From the IMG/VR virus record IMGVR_UViG_3300037067_010289, positions 1 through 64,000 of that record: DNA of 64,000 nt. One strand, given 5' to 3'. Shown one piece after another: positions 47,201 to 56,003 of this stretch. The notes beneath the pieces were generated by a model, which saw only the letters and a program-made list of their open reading frames with translations, searched no databases and was not told the origin of the DNA. Within the stretch, counting starts at the first letter, position 1. The number at the start of each line of letters is the position of its first letter. The translations under genes were made by a program, and so were the position numbers. The DNA comes from a virus. Lineage: Duplodnaviria; Caudoviricetes.

Positions 47201-48559
47201 GATCTGGTAAACGACAACATTTTGCGGTTGGGTGTTCGTAAGGGGCTTACGCTCACCAAAGACTATACGAGTATCAGCGACTATCAATCAGAAGGGTTGT
47301 CGGCGTCGAAGGCGCACTGGCCCGTAAAATATGTACCTGTACTTCGAGATATTCAAGGCTGGCTCAATGACTACCTTTTTGATCGGTATATTCCTGGTCT
47401 TAAGGCCAGAGCATTTCGTCGTAATTTTGAAGCTTACGAAAATAAATACCCAGAGTGGTCGAAGGAGAGAGTAGCGGAAGTTGCGGCGGCAGACACCAAC
47501 GAACGCTTTGGAGGTATCAACTACAAGCGTCTTGGCCGGTCGGTCGCCACACAGGATTTCTTACGGTTAACGACATTGGCCCCTGATTGGCTGGAAAGCG
47601 AAATCCGAGCCACGGCAAGAATGTTTGGACAAGAAGGACGTGTCATGCGCAAGGACATCGTGCGTATGGCGGCAGGACTATGGGTAACTGCACGTGTGCT
47701 GAATTATCTGGTGTCCGGAACCGCACACAACGAAGAACCTTTTGGGGTGGTGTACAAGGATAAGGAAGGCCGTGATAAGGTTGCCACGCTGCGAACACTA
47801 CCAGGGGACATGGTTCACCTTGCTCAAGAACCGGTTAAATTTATGAAGGGCCGCATAAGTCCCTTGGCCCGTACAGGTATCGAAGCATTAACTCAGCGTG
47901 ATTTTGCTGGTCGAAAAATGACTCCGATGCAGACTTGGGTTGACCTCAGTAGGGGCTCGCTGCCGATGCCCGCTCAAGCACTTTTACAAGGAGCGTTCGG
48001 CGAAATGCCGACTGGGATCGGCACTGGCGAGCAGGTCTCAAAATCCTTGGGTATCGGGGTCCGTGTTCAACGGTCAGCCGCAGAGCAGAAGGCTATCGAA
48101 CTGGCGTCTAACCGAACGATGGACGGCCCTGTTGACAAGGATCAACTGCGTCGGCACCAGACTGTGCTCGAACTTGAAGACAGGCTCCGCGCAGGCACCT
48201 TGAAACCTGAAGACTTCGGTATGATGGTCGAGCAGGGCGCGTTAATGCCCGATGAAGCGCGAGAGATCGTTAAGGCTGTAAAGAGAACGCAGGGCCTCGA
48301 TCCGGAACAGGCTCGTCTGGTTACACGCGCTTCGCGGCTCGGCTTGCCAGACTTCCTCCAGATTTGGGAATTAGCTGTGCCGTCAGAAAAAGTTGCTCTG
48401 CAACGCTTGCTACTGGATAAGCGGAACAAGTATATGAAAAAACTGCACAAGACTGTTCCGCCTGACCAGTGGAACAATGACCCCACCTATCAGTGGATCA
48501 AAAAAATGTTTCCGGCGTTTATGCCGTGGGGAGAGGATTTAAACGAGGGTGGGGAGTAG
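41267..48559 (+). CDS. giant ejection / polyvalent protein (2430 aa)
   Basis: N-terminal NPLAGLL repeats, zincin-like VHEMAH, several embedded domains; last gene of the virion module. Confidence 0.7.
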   Translation: MAIDNPLAGLLEATSVTGEEPSIPVSSATGFSTGHEVNPLAGLLAEDRRLNEPTPVVAAPTSTSKNPLAGLLSSVKQDEELPIAAPPEEEYGIIPFLKATAQRLDLGPLNPIVSAMTGGKPDYVEAIPGAKGLKMVYDYATGKKSWGEVDAPILPLHTLGITQWMEKQGADGGTKFTGTELGAVSGVLNFAEGFTTPSNVALLVGTMSTGVFKSAAEKVLTKALGTEAPTVLKGIETMLEAGKQGASPTEALIAGKFDLGLMNKGLDALGRAGMGIGDVLARNGILTGGIGKLLEMGGVSTVRAAKAAGAVQAAMNLGFSYQMLDAMHSLSAQMDSELADGDTKSAVEHGVEAFGSGYFGIKSGIGGLIEGFGVFKPAKPHVESLSLHETRFELGRFLEQREVDAATGKNIANNLASDLKKKYKLLSAEQRASVFKLIEAEDNAELSFRLNRLVESAGLPSDMKVPEQDLLAGLKKEVKTSVIDPKAFIGDRKIEGEAFKKEVSGYVARLKKGEALDPVKLLYNTDGQIISQEGLARAQAYAEIGEKYAPVEITNLQESRPSIERILHFREVADRRQLEGSANYTPKERMALIQQYRTALDATPEMKALAKEVRQHLDLWFTNAHKAGLIEQAIDNYITHMWEHDPEMLNMYRTESMTGAFATNVSFARHRVFESSFDGELRGKKLSVTDPIAITSYYIARVSETIANRNFLNSLRTLKTSDGQPMVAIASTGSLVEGENGTVGFVNPNAIHDVLIKPEVVKSLRETGDLERGLKNGSIRQIGKDYTVPVVDPNEPAFVKLEGRTKQFYDAALETGNVNHAQAIAALSYYNAQAQARGKTLNSVLDRVEAELRLTKKLPDETALQQHVSGTERRGPQRIQDLALSPEQRDSARDYAKEMNVPMEEAIRATMEKAHPDASANLLEQAAKAQAKFEALPPGERAGKLIQELAEKHLEQPAVAEDIKGAIDFSDAGKAIIWAYSKFDVSTLVHEMAHLWRRTLDPSELSRIEKHYGVKDGEWTTELEERFATDHERYAMSGEAPTKALSPLFKALQNFMSDVYKGVSSSVAVANVMDDSTRAQWDQFFAIKRPVDVADAPRIKTIVEKAARPFVGATKQESVWKGIQEGHDTQEAQALLVDPASGAEVSIPLSEVTPQRIREALLEKRVEAAPKLVAELHAQNGGSTVNLYGGNNVSGEYAVSIYPERERIFDHTPTQEELGAEIKKNLDLLRDPRNNIGTWDETDAQGHKTGRVFVDISTTTPDPAIAERLAFAYGQLAITKLDPEAGYPSFPIEGVQRLTPEQLVSLPPATERLEAITGQKSLYQTVKREIPETTRLMEEPLLKPSDLPALVDVGKALEEFTKQKAGVVKATPKAKLYRAVSTGIKELRYQIQQTLNGLGWYTKDIEGFENKMRAARPELQDPDQMQYFKAVVALASAGQDPVDNLALADRMWDVASGSGRMPTRQSDGQRWSTQLNPVHIQALNNLVTDKGLTEGMKWLVEKHPLEELKPYATNSNYNYLKSAKEDGYYGALIFGPKRGPFFLNMSGVHDVLTMDRWFSRTWNRWMGTMTEMGKNPTTGKMEERLVDVPRSAAERRLMTTSIKTLAKELDMNVDDVQAALWYYEKELYRRHGHGTDQIGFSQAADQFATGRFEFPAPARGETADAGEVARGTEQGTKAVRPADTRRAQEAPARGVEQQTFFQRRSEGEQPLTYRKFHQETPIDASGFLLPDGTFTTVPEGHPKWLKDNGFSSYADAFKKGLVRVMNTMGERSASFAAIQAGELKPDTVNKIDEALARLRIHPSSKINIDWSVGTKEYGHLMYKDQGTALEFFRRDAVRKLNDPEWRQPVNEMYQRAPKSSSEPGAGRKVTDPERYVWNTHHYKSIPNMSGWKFAFADSNGNPILVDGDIRVHPEMHQYVMRSLGLEKSYLSQHEPFKSLLKVGGGLKHTILSFSPFHIAQEGLRAIMTGVSPIGIERFDLVNDNILRLGVRKGLTLTKDYTSISDYQSEGLSASKAHWPVKYVPVLRDIQGWLNDYLFDRYIPGLKARAFRRNFEAYENKYPEWSKERVAEVAAADTNERFGGINYKRLGRSVATQDFLRLTTLAPDWLESEIRATARMFGQEGRVMRKDIVRMAAGLWVTARVLNYLVSGTAHNEEPFGVVYKDKEGRDKVATLRTLPGDMVHLAQEPVKFMKGRISPLARTGIEALTQRDFAGRKMTPMQTWVDLSRGSLPMPAQALLQGAFGEMPTGIGTGEQVSKSLGIGVRVQRSAAEQKAIELASNRTMDGPVDKDQLRRHQTVLELEDRLRAGTLKPEDFGMMVEQGALMPDEAREIVKAVKRTQGLDPEQARLVTRASRLGLPDFLQIWELAVPSEKVALQRLLLDKRNKYMKKLHKTVPPDQWNNDPTYQWIKKMFPAFMPWGEDLNEGGE

Positions 48560-48579
48560 CTATTAAAGCATACGGTGTA

Positions 48580-48615
48580 TGAGAGAAATACTACATAGAA
48601 TTTCTCTCACTTTTT
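48580..48615. terminator. hairpin between convergent transcription units
   Basis: TGAGAGAAAT/ATTTCTCTCA inverted repeat followed by a T run. Confidence 0.5.
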
Positions 48616-48983
48616 CAGTCTATCGTCGCCGATGCTTCGTTAGAGTAAGCACTTTCCTGATGATCTGAACTAGTATTTACAGCGGTTACCGTGTAAAAGT
48701 ATGTGGTTCCATTTTCCGCCGACGTGTCCTGCCACACGTTACTCGTAATATCGCCAACCAGTTTGGCGTATGGCCCACCCGAAGCCGTCCCACGATAGAC
48801 ATTGTAGGTGCAGCACTCGCTGCCTTCCGATGTGCTACGAGTCCAGTTCAGGGTAATGTATCCGGAAACTTTGATCTGTAGGGTGACCGTATCGGTTTGC
48901 TGCGCGTAGAGGTAGGAATAGGCCAGTATGGCCAAGCCAGCTAAGGCTGTAATTAAAGCGATTTTTAACGCACGGCTTTCCAT
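48615..48983 (-). CDS. secreted fibronectin type III-like protein
   Basis: N-terminal hydrophobic leader; LNW...YNVYRG...YFYTVTAV...ESAYSNE. Confidence 0.75.
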   Translation of the reverse strand: MESRALKIALITALAGLAILAYSYLYAQQTDTVTLQIKVSGYITLNWTRSTSEGSECCTYNVYRGTASGGPYAKLVGDITSNVWQDTSAENGTTYFYTVTAVNTSSDHQESAYSNEASATID

Positions 48984-49273
48984 GTGGAAGACGCTGTGGA
49001 TACTGCGACTGTAATTGTATAAGTTCCTTGCTGCGTTGGGGTGCCTGAAATCAGTCCAGTTTTACTCAGTGTCAGTCCTGGCGGTAAAGTTCCTGTCATC
49101 GACCACTGATATGGCCCCGGCTCGCCAGCAGCTACCAGTTGAACAGAATACTTAGTTCCAATCTCGGCGTCCGGAAGCGGACTGTTAGTGGCTACGACCA
49201 GACGAGTTGGAACATAGCCCCCGCCCCCACACCCGGCCAGGAACAAAATCGCGAGTAAGAAAATCCTTTTCAT
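48965..49273 (-). CDS. lipoprotein with putative Ig domain
   Basis: LAGC lipobox; GTLPPGLTL...GLISGTPT. Confidence 0.75.
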   Translation of the reverse strand: MKRIFLLAILFLAGCGGGGYVPTRLVVATNSPLPDAEIGTKYSVQLVAAGEPGPYQWSMTGTLPPGLTLSKTGLISGTPTQQGTYTITVAVSTASSTWKAVR

Positions 49274-49644
49274 GCTTTGGGAATAACGGCCTTCAGTTTT
49301 AGGAACGCCACAGTTTGTGAACTATCCGTGACCTTCACTGTGAACGTAAAGGTGCCGGACGTGGTAGGCGTGCCGCTAATAATGCCGGTGCTCGGAGCCA
49401 AGGTCAATCCGGTCGGCAGCGACCCAGTCGAGATTGACCAACTGTAGGGTGCTAAGCCGCCCGCTGCCTGTAGCGTAGCCGAGTACGCATTTCCCACCGT
49501 GGCGTCACTCAGCGTCGTTGTGGAAATTGACAGCGGCCCACGCACCGTAATGGTCAGTGTCTTAGTCGCGGTACTCTGCCCGTACAATAAAGTAGGTACT
49601 GCCAGTACCAAACCAAGTGCGATTGCCAGCCAAAGTTTTCTCAT
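49270..49644 (-). CDS. secreted putative Ig domain protein
   Basis: Signal peptide; GSLPTGLTL...GIISGTPT...FTVKVTDS. Confidence 0.75.
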   Translation of the reverse strand: MRKLWLAIALGLVLAVPTLLYGQSTATKTLTITVRGPLSISTTTLSDATVGNAYSATLQAAGGLAPYSWSISTGSLPTGLTLAPSTGIISGTPTTSGTFTFTVKVTDSSQTVAFLKLKAVIPKA

Positions 49645-49943
49645 CACTTCTCCCATCTACTAAATAGTTCGCTGTAAACGTCTCCGTGTGCTACCCGCTT
49701 GACATCCTCGTAACTTCCCGCCACACGACGGTACAATTCCCTTGACACACAGTCCATTGCGCCCATCGCCGCGTTGATCGAGGCATAACTAAGTTTTTCC
49801 TTTTTTAGCCAGTAGACCAACAGCCTCGTAATTGCAAAATTTAGGTGCCCAACGCCGTTTCCTTTTCCAGCAATGGCACGAGCTAACGCGAGCGCTGCGT
49901 CGTCGATAGCTTCTCGTTCTTCAGATTTTATGTAGGGCATCAA
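49644..49943 (-). CDS. conserved phage hypothetical protein
   Basis: MPYIK...GHLNFAIT...ELYRR...YED...GDVY. Confidence 0.6.
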   Translation of the reverse strand: MMPYIKSEEREAIDDAALALARAIAGKGNGVGHLNFAITRLLVYWLKKEKLSYASINAAMGAMDCVSRELYRRVAGSYEDVKRVAHGDVYSELFSRWEK

Positions 49944-50132
49944 TCACCTGTTGTACTGTAGTGGAACGTGCGTCACGATGGGCTGGTATGTAAATCCGTG
50001 CAGATAATATTTTCCGTCAGTGATCGGTTTTTCAGGATTTGAGGGACGCCACTGCACGGGGTGCATAGGGTCCGCCTGCTGATAAACCTGGACGTTACCA
50101 GTGTCATCCGTGACTGTAATTTCAAGTTTCAT
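49944..50132 (-). CDS. hypothetical protein
   Basis: ORF in the operon. Confidence 0.45.
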   Translation of the reverse strand: MKLEITVTDDTGNVQVYQQADPMHPVQWRPSNPEKPITDGKYYLHGFTYQPIVTHVPLQYNR

Positions 50133-50646
50133 TACTTGCTACCCCAAAATTCGCGTTATTCAGATCGCCAGCGCTCCACGAAGTTCCCCCCAAACTGCTG
50201 AATTCAAGCAGTGACAGCGCTACTCCTGCTTCCTCGAACATCTGCTTCGAAATTTCAAAATCCTCGATCCAACGTGGGTTTTCATTTCTAGGGGCCACAC
50301 AGCGAGTAATGCCAGACTGGATTACCATACCGGCACAAGGAGCGCAAGACATAAAAGGATAGGTGTACAAGGTGCACCCTGCCAAATCACGGTGAGCAAA
50401 AATTATAGCGTTTCGCTCGCAGTGCACGATCATCTTATATTTGACATCACGGTCCGCATAGCGCTCTCGGTTATCGTAGACGCCCTTGGCCAATCCGTTA
50501 TACCCCACAGATACAACTCGACGGTCACTATCTACGATAACCGCACCCGTCTTAGTTGACGGGTCTTTCGACCACGACGCAACTAGTTGTACTAGTTCAA
50601 GAAACCGGTGGTCCCATTTATTCTTTTGTTCTTCACGGCTATTCAT
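50122..50646 (-). CDS. dCMP deaminase
   Basis: SKDPSTKTGA, GYNG, HCERNAI, SCAPCA zinc motifs. Confidence 0.9.
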   Translation of the reverse strand: MNSREEQKNKWDHRFLELVQLVASWSKDPSTKTGAVIVDSDRRVVSVGYNGLAKGVYDNRERYADRDVKYKMIVHCERNAIIFAHRDLAGCTLYTYPFMSCAPCAGMVIQSGITRCVAPRNENPRWIEDFEISKQMFEEAGVALSLLEFSSLGGTSWSAGDLNNANFGVASNET

Positions 50647-51145
50647 TGTTTTCTTTTCGCTGCGTTGGAAAGGCTCCTTCATTATACAGCTCCCTTAATC
50701 TTTGCTTCTCGTTGTCCACTCTTTTCTGCGCGTCAAACACTGGAATAGCCTGTCTTTTCCGTTTCAAAGCTTCTAAAAGAAATCCATTGACATTAAACTT
50801 TAAGGCGCAAAGTGCGTCTTCAATATCTTTGCTGTAAACAGGTTTCAAGCCGCGATAAATTCTCCAGACATCAAGAAAGTGACGCCACATCGACTTCATG
50901 TAGGCAGACGTAGGAATTCCCCTCTGCCAGTTATCCGAATCTCGCAGTGTTCCATCTGCCTGTAACCGATGCTCTTGCATGTACTCGAAGAATCTTGTTT
51001 CTACTTCTGGGGACAGGAAGCCTTCTGGGTCAATCTTATCGGTATCTACATTTCTGGTTGCTCCGCTGTCAAACTTGCGCATTTCTGCGGCATTTTTCAA
51101 GCCCGCTACACCACTCAACTTGAATTCTTTACCATAAAGACTCAT
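50639..51145 (-). CDS. dATP/dGTP diphosphohydrolase-like protein (DUF5664-like)
   Basis: FDSGATR...DNWQRGIP...SMWRH. Confidence 0.6.
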   Translation of the reverse strand: MSLYGKEFKLSGVAGLKNAAEMRKFDSGATRNVDTDKIDPEGFLSPEVETRFFEYMQEHRLQADGTLRDSDNWQRGIPTSAYMKSMWRHFLDVWRIYRGLKPVYSKDIEDALCALKFNVNGFLLEALKRKRQAIPVFDAQKRVDNEKQRLRELYNEGAFPTQRKENNE

Positions 51146-51564
51146 TGCTTTGCCCCCTTGTTCAGCAGTTCTAAAAAGTTAATAAGCTCGCCCACAGACT
51201 CAACATGGAAAATTGTAGGCAGCATGTCAAAAATATTTTGCTTGCCGCCAACCACGACGATGCTAAGACCTTTTTTGTAAGCGTAACCGGTTTCGAACAT
51301 ACGCCCGCCCATCGCCATGTATGACGGTATTGTGGGCTCACTTAAATCGTCCGTAAACCGGACAAGGACATCTGACCGATCAATATCCCTTAGATCGGCT
51401 AGGGCACGCTCCAAAAACATTTCTTTGTTTTCATCGTCGAATAAATCTTCTGGCGGTTGGCCAAGCCATGCTGAAATTATAGTGTGTCCGTTTTGGCCAA
51501 GTTTCTCAGCAATTCGACGCATCTCGGCTTGACGACTAAAGGCAGCGGAAAGATATATTTTCAT
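51142..51564 (-). CDS. nucleoside 2-deoxyribosyltransferase-like protein
   Basis: KIYLSA...DLRDIDRSD...GRMFETGYA. Confidence 0.7.
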   Translation of the reverse strand: MKIYLSAAFSRQAEMRRIAEKLGQNGHTIISAWLGQPPEDLFDDENKEMFLERALADLRDIDRSDVLVRFTDDLSEPTIPSYMAMGGRMFETGYAYKKGLSIVVVGGKQNIFDMLPTIFHVESVGELINFLELLNKGAKQ

Positions 51565-51707
51565 CCCAACTCGCTTATCAAAAAGTGCAGTAGATATTCT
51601 GTTTCTTCGGCGGAAAGAATTATGGTGTCTGGTTCTTCCGGAGTGATTTTGATTTCTTCCATGTCTGAGATTCTCAACTGCTTGTTCTTATCGACACGAA
51701 AGATCAT
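51561..51707 (-). CDS. hypothetical protein (48 aa)
   Basis: ATGA coupling at both ends. Confidence 0.45.
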   Translation of the reverse strand: MIFRVDKNKQLRISDMEEIKITPEEPDTIILSAEETEYLLHFLISELG

Positions 51708-52690
51708 GTGTGAACCGCAGTAGGGGCACTGATTTTTTCCATCACCCCTTTATAAAGTATATCACAAATTTTGGGATTCTCTAACAAAAATATTCTGGCT
51801 TTTTCTCGGCCTTGGCCCAGGCGCTCGTTATTAAGTGACAGCCACGCTCCAGATCGTTCTACGACACCGTACTTGACGCCCAAGTCCAGAAGATCGTTCT
51901 CCCTAGAAAATCCGGTTCCGTACAGCAGGTCGACTTCGGCTTCTTTAAACGGGGCGCAACACTTGTTCTTAGTCACCTTAATTCTGGTACGCGCCCCAAC
52001 AGCGGTCTCACCATCTTTAATGGTGGATATTCGCCGCACGTCAAGCCTAACCGATGCGTAGAACTTTAAGGCGTTGCCACCCGTAGTGGTCTCTGGCGAT
52101 CCGAACATTACGCCAATCTTAGACCGGATTTGATTGATAAAAATAAGAATCGTTTTGGAGCGCGAGACAGCGGCGGTTAACTTCCGCATAGCTTGACTCA
52201 TAAGCCGTGCTTGCAATCCAGGCAAGGAGTCTCCCATGTCTCCTTCGAGTTCTGCGCGAGGTACAAGTGCGGCGACCGAATCTACAATGACAATATCGAT
52301 CTCACCTGATTTTATAAATCCTTCTGCAACCTCTAAAGCCTGCTCACCGCTGTCGGGTTGACTGACGTAGAGGTCATCAGTATTGACGCCAAGGGCCTTT
52401 GCATATTTTACGTCGAGAGCGTGCTCTGCGTCGATGAATCCTGCTTTGCCGCCTGCCTTTTGAACTTCAGCAATAGCCTGAAGGGTTAGGGTTGTCTTCC
52501 CTCCGCTCTCCGTGCCATATATCTCCACAACACGACCCCGAGGATAGCCGCCGATCCCAAGGGCAGCATCAAGGCTAACCACCCCGGTAGAGACCACTTC
52601 GACCGGTACGGGGTCGTTATCCCCAAGACGAAGGACGGTACCTTTTCCATACGTTTTCTCCAATCGTGCTAAGGTATCTTTAAGGCTCAT
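51704..52690 (-). CDS. recA: recombinase RecA
   Basis: GTESGGKTT Walker [24 protein letters not shown]. Confidence 0.95.
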   Translation of the reverse strand: MSLKDTLARLEKTYGKGTVLRLGDNDPVPVEVVSTGVVSLDAALGIGGYPRGRVVEIYGTESGGKTTLTLQAIAEVQKAGGKAGFIDAEHALDVKYAKALGVNTDDLYVSQPDSGEQALEVAEGFIKSGEIDIVIVDSVAALVPRAELEGDMGDSLPGLQARLMSQAMRKLTAAVSRSKTILIFINQIRSKIGVMFGSPETTTGGNALKFYASVRLDVRRISTIKDGETAVGARTRIKVTKNKCCAPFKEAEVDLLYGTGFSRENDLLDLGVKYGVVERSGAWLSLNNERLGQGREKARIFLLENPKICDILYKGVMEKISAPTAVHT

Positions 52691-52703
52691 ATAGTTGTCT
52701 GGT

Positions 52704-53057
52704 CTACACGTAGTAGGTTCCTGTTACTGAATCGCACTCTACGTTTTCTTCTTGCAAGCTAGGATCAAGTACCCACGAACAGCACGCTCTTCCTCTAAAT
52801 GAGTGTCCACCGCCATCCTTGTAATAAGGTATTAGATGAGTGAAAATCATCGGGCCGCTTGACCAGGGCGAGTCCTGCACGACTTCTTTGTACTTATACG
52901 GTACCAGGGCGCTATCTGGCATGGTGAAAATCCTTCCCGGCATGGACTCACCAAACATCCCCGTAGTCATACCGTCATAAGTCTCGGTCTTAACCGCCGA
53001 GGCAACTAGCCTCGTTGCCCTATCTGTCAGACCGATAAACTGTGTTTCTCTTGACAT
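52704..53057 (-). CDS. hypothetical protein
   Basis: ORF with RBS; [13 protein letters not shown]. Confidence 0.5.
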   Translation of the reverse strand: MSRETQFIGLTDRATRLVASAVKTETYDGMTTGMFGESMPGRIFTMPDSALVPYKYKEVVQDSPWSSGPMIFTHLIPYYKDGGGHSFRGRACCSWVLDPSLQEENVECDSVTGTYYV

Positions 53058-53214
53058 GCTATTTCACCTTCACCAAACTGGATGCTCGCAGTAGGCATCT
53101 CAGCCCAGGTTGCTTTTAGACGCAGCGTAATCTTCAATCCCACTGCGTATCAACAGTGCCCCACCCACTCTGCGTGGCTCTGCGAGCATAAACGTTGTCC
53201 GGTTCCGGACATCC

Positions 53215-54438
53215 CTACCCATTATTTGCATCACCCAACACCGAGTATGTCGAGGTTCCCAATAGCCCCTCTCTCCGGTGCCACACGTAGGCTTCTGCTG
53301 CGCGAATTGCCCCAATATATTGATTCTCTGCTGTCCAGGCGTCAGGAGGACGCAGCGAGGGAAGGATTCTAACCGTAGCGCCCTTGAGTTCAATCAATCG
53401 CCGCTGGTGCTTATCCCCTGTGTGGGCCTCTCGCCACAGTGTCTTGCCCCACATTTCAGGATGCTCCGCTGCCATGATCCGGTCATAGGATTCCAGCTTG
53501 CCCGAGTTTCCGTGTGTGAACATCAGCATGTTAATTCCGAACTGGTAGTATTTTCGGAACGGCGGTCGGTTGTCAACGGTGACGCGCTTGCACTTGTGGA
53601 ACCACGAATGAAGGCTGTCTCCGAGGTGCCAACTAGCGAGGTAATCGTGGTTGCCGGGAACAATAATCACGTCGACAGACTTGTGCGTACTCAACAGGAT
53701 TTCCACAGCCCAGATCGAAGCGTCACGCGAGACGCTGAACACGTTTTGGTAGCGCGTGTCTGTATCCTGCGGAGTTCCCTTCGTCGTGGTGCCAAGTTTG
53801 TTGTCAAAATTCTGCTGGTCGTTACCGAGCACGAGAATGGCCTTGGAAGGACTGTAAGCATACGACCGGCTAACCAGCGTCGTCAATGCTTTCTCATAAA
53901 AATCCTTGGCTATCTTTATGTCCCAATCCGGACCCCCTGTTTCCTTGCCCCAAATCAGAGCACCGTAGTGATGATCCATCGGAGCGTATTCACAAGCCAC
54001 CTCGTCGTCTATAATCTTCGGGATCGGAAATTCTGTATAGGTGGGGGTATACTTCACAGTCTTTTTACGAAGCTCTTCAATTTCATTGACCGCCGCGATA
54101 ACATTCTTCTTCAGGCGCAGCCACGCCTGCACCACAAACTGCTGAGAATAAACCGGGGTGTCAGAATTTCCCTTCGACTTCATACCGGTCTGCCACGCAC
54201 CGCACTTCCAGCGATAAATTTCCCAGACTTTGGTATCGATATTGCACGCTTCAGCGAGTTCTTCCAGGGTGTGAATATTCTTAGAGACTACGCGCTTGAT
54301 AATCCGTTCGTCGCCGTTGTGCTCGTCAAAAGAAACCTCCTGCGGTTTCTTCTTGGCGCAGCCGCACGTCACTTGATCCGAGCGAAAAGATTTTACTTCG
54401 CAGCATCCTGGGCATTGCCGAGTCGTGTTTTTTGCCAT
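53215..54438 (-). CDS. calcineurin-like metallophosphoesterase
   Basis: DHHYG, GND, PGNHD, THG, HTGDKH. Confidence 0.8.
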   Translation of the reverse strand: MAKNTTRQCPGCCEVKSFRSDQVTCGCAKKKPQEVSFDEHNGDERIIKRVVSKNIHTLEELAEACNIDTKVWEIYRWKCGAWQTGMKSKGNSDTPVYSQQFVVQAWLRLKKNVIAAVNEIEELRKKTVKYTPTYTEFPIPKIIDDEVACEYAPMDHHYGALIWGKETGGPDWDIKIAKDFYEKALTTLVSRSYAYSPSKAILVLGNDQQNFDNKLGTTTKGTPQDTDTRYQNVFSVSRDASIWAVEILLSTHKSVDVIIVPGNHDYLASWHLGDSLHSWFHKCKRVTVDNRPPFRKYYQFGINMLMFTHGNSGKLESYDRIMAAEHPEMWGKTLWREAHTGDKHQRRLIELKGATVRILPSLRPPDAWTAENQYIGAIRAAEAYVWHRREGLLGTSTYSVLGDANNG

Positions 54439-54446
54439 AGTCTCCT

Positions 54447-54887
54447 CTAGCCGGAATATTTGGTCCTGAAAGCCGCGAGGTAGTCTGCGGCGGCGCGAAT
54501 TTTATCTTCCTTGTCGTTCCACCATTTTAATCCACGGTTGCACTGCATACAAAGCAGGCCACGAATAGACCGTCTCTTAAGCCACTGAGTTGCCTGAAAG
54601 CGAGCCTCACCTTTTGTGGACCCCAAGAACTGTGCATCGCTAAATCGTGGGTCTTTGATTTCAGCGTACCACAAGCCAAGAGCATCGCGTTTAAAAGTTA
54701 CCTTAACACGAACCATTGTGTGGTCGTGGTCTACCGCGAGTTTACGTCCGAAGGCTTTTCTACCACAAATCGCACAAACATCTTTTTGAATGGTCGACAG
54801 GGTTTCGTAGCCTTCCAGATCGATGCCATACGCCTTCATCAGACGCTGGCTTTCGATCTTTCGCTTCTTTTTCTGTTCGTCGTCCAT
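54447..54887 (-). CDS. endonuclease VII-like protein
   Basis: CAIC...VDHDH...RGLLCMQCN. Confidence 0.8.
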   Translation of the reverse strand: MDDEQKKKRKIESQRLMKAYGIDLEGYETLSTIQKDVCAICGRKAFGRKLAVDHDHTMVRVKVTFKRDALGLWYAEIKDPRFSDAQFLGSTKGEARFQATQWLKRRSIRGLLCMQCNRGLKWWNDKEDKIRAAADYLAAFRTKYSG

Positions 54888-54888
54888 A

Positions 54889-55204
54889 TTAGTTGAGTAT
54901 ACTTTTCGATTGCGTTGCCAGTCCTTTGACAATATTCTGCGACAGGAACATGAGTTGTTCTTCGTTGAGCATCGCCATGACCGGCTTACTTGAAAACGAG
55001 CTGATAACATTTTTTATTGCAGTGTACGCTTCTTCTTTCAAGCGAAGTTCACCTTCTGCGGTCATCGCTTGGGTCATGGCGTCGTTGTACTTTTCGTCGA
55101 GCAAGGCATACTTTGCCTGCTCTTCTCGTATTCGAACTACGAGATACACCAGGGCAAAAACTACGAGCACAAACAGGATAGCTGGAGCCAAGGTAGTTAG
55201 CATC
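54889..55204 (-). CDS. single-TM coiled-coil protein
   Basis: Hydrophobic N-terminus followed by a coiled coil; start uncertain. Confidence 0.45.
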
Positions 55205-55403
55205 ATTATTTTGTCAGCGACCGGCTGAACCCCCATTGAAATTTTGAAGGAATGCTGAATATCTTTGGCGAAGGTTGTCCACACTTAGGGCACGGACGTG
55301 AAGCGTCATTGATGGTTGGGGACAGATAGTCGAATTGATATTTGCACACCGGGCACTTGTACTCGTAAAGCGGCATAGTTCCTCCTCGTCGACTATCTTC
55401 GTA

Positions 55404-55697
55404 CTACCACTCCGTTGACGCAAAAAAGCAGGGAAATTCGTCGCCTGCTGCAACCATTTCGTTTAGGCGTTGGCGAAAGGTCTTTGCTTCTTGGCCGGGC
55501 AGGCAATCCTCGTCTTCCTCCCGAAACCGCAAAGTCGACATTTCCTTGTCAGTCAGTTCTTGCGGATTATCGAAGGCTTCCGCTTCTGAGACGCCAGTCC
55601 ATTCAAGATAGCTAGCCTTCACGCTCTCCAACGTGGCTCCAGCCCACCAATCGTAGTCATTCAGTTGGAAGACTTTAACGGCATCAGAAGTTTTCAT
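55404..55697 (-). CDS. hypothetical protein
   Basis: VFQLNDYDWWA...FFASTEW. Confidence 0.5.
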   Translation of the reverse strand: MKTSDAVKVFQLNDYDWWAGATLESVKASYLEWTGVSEAEAFDNPQELTDKEMSTLRFREEDEDCLPGQEAKTFRQRLNEMVAAGDEFPCFFASTEW

Positions 55698-56003
55698 CGT
55701 CGCATGTCTCCTTTGTCCGGTTGTAGATAACTTTTTGTACATGCTTTGTCGAATTACACACAGGACATTCTTCCATATTATTATCCTACTTGACCGAAGC
55801 TTTAGCCGCTGCCAGTGCATCTTTAAACGTTTTACCATAAATATAAAAACAATTTTTTGCCTTGCCTGGGTGCGAAAATATTACAACTCCATTAGTAAAA
55901 AAGTGTACTGAACAGTGCTGCTGCTGGAGAAAGGCAAAAGACCGATAAAAACTAATGCAGTCTTTTAAATTTCTAGTGAATGCTTTAAGTGATCCAAGCA
56001 TAG

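Noticed and set aside
28781-50189. Diversity-generating retroelement TR/VR pair for the 54-nt repeat
   Set aside because: Mismatches are not adenine-specific and no reverse transcriptase is present in the window
53278-54450. 390-aa + strand ORF
   Set aside because: Antisense shadow of the metallophosphoesterase gene, with no motifs
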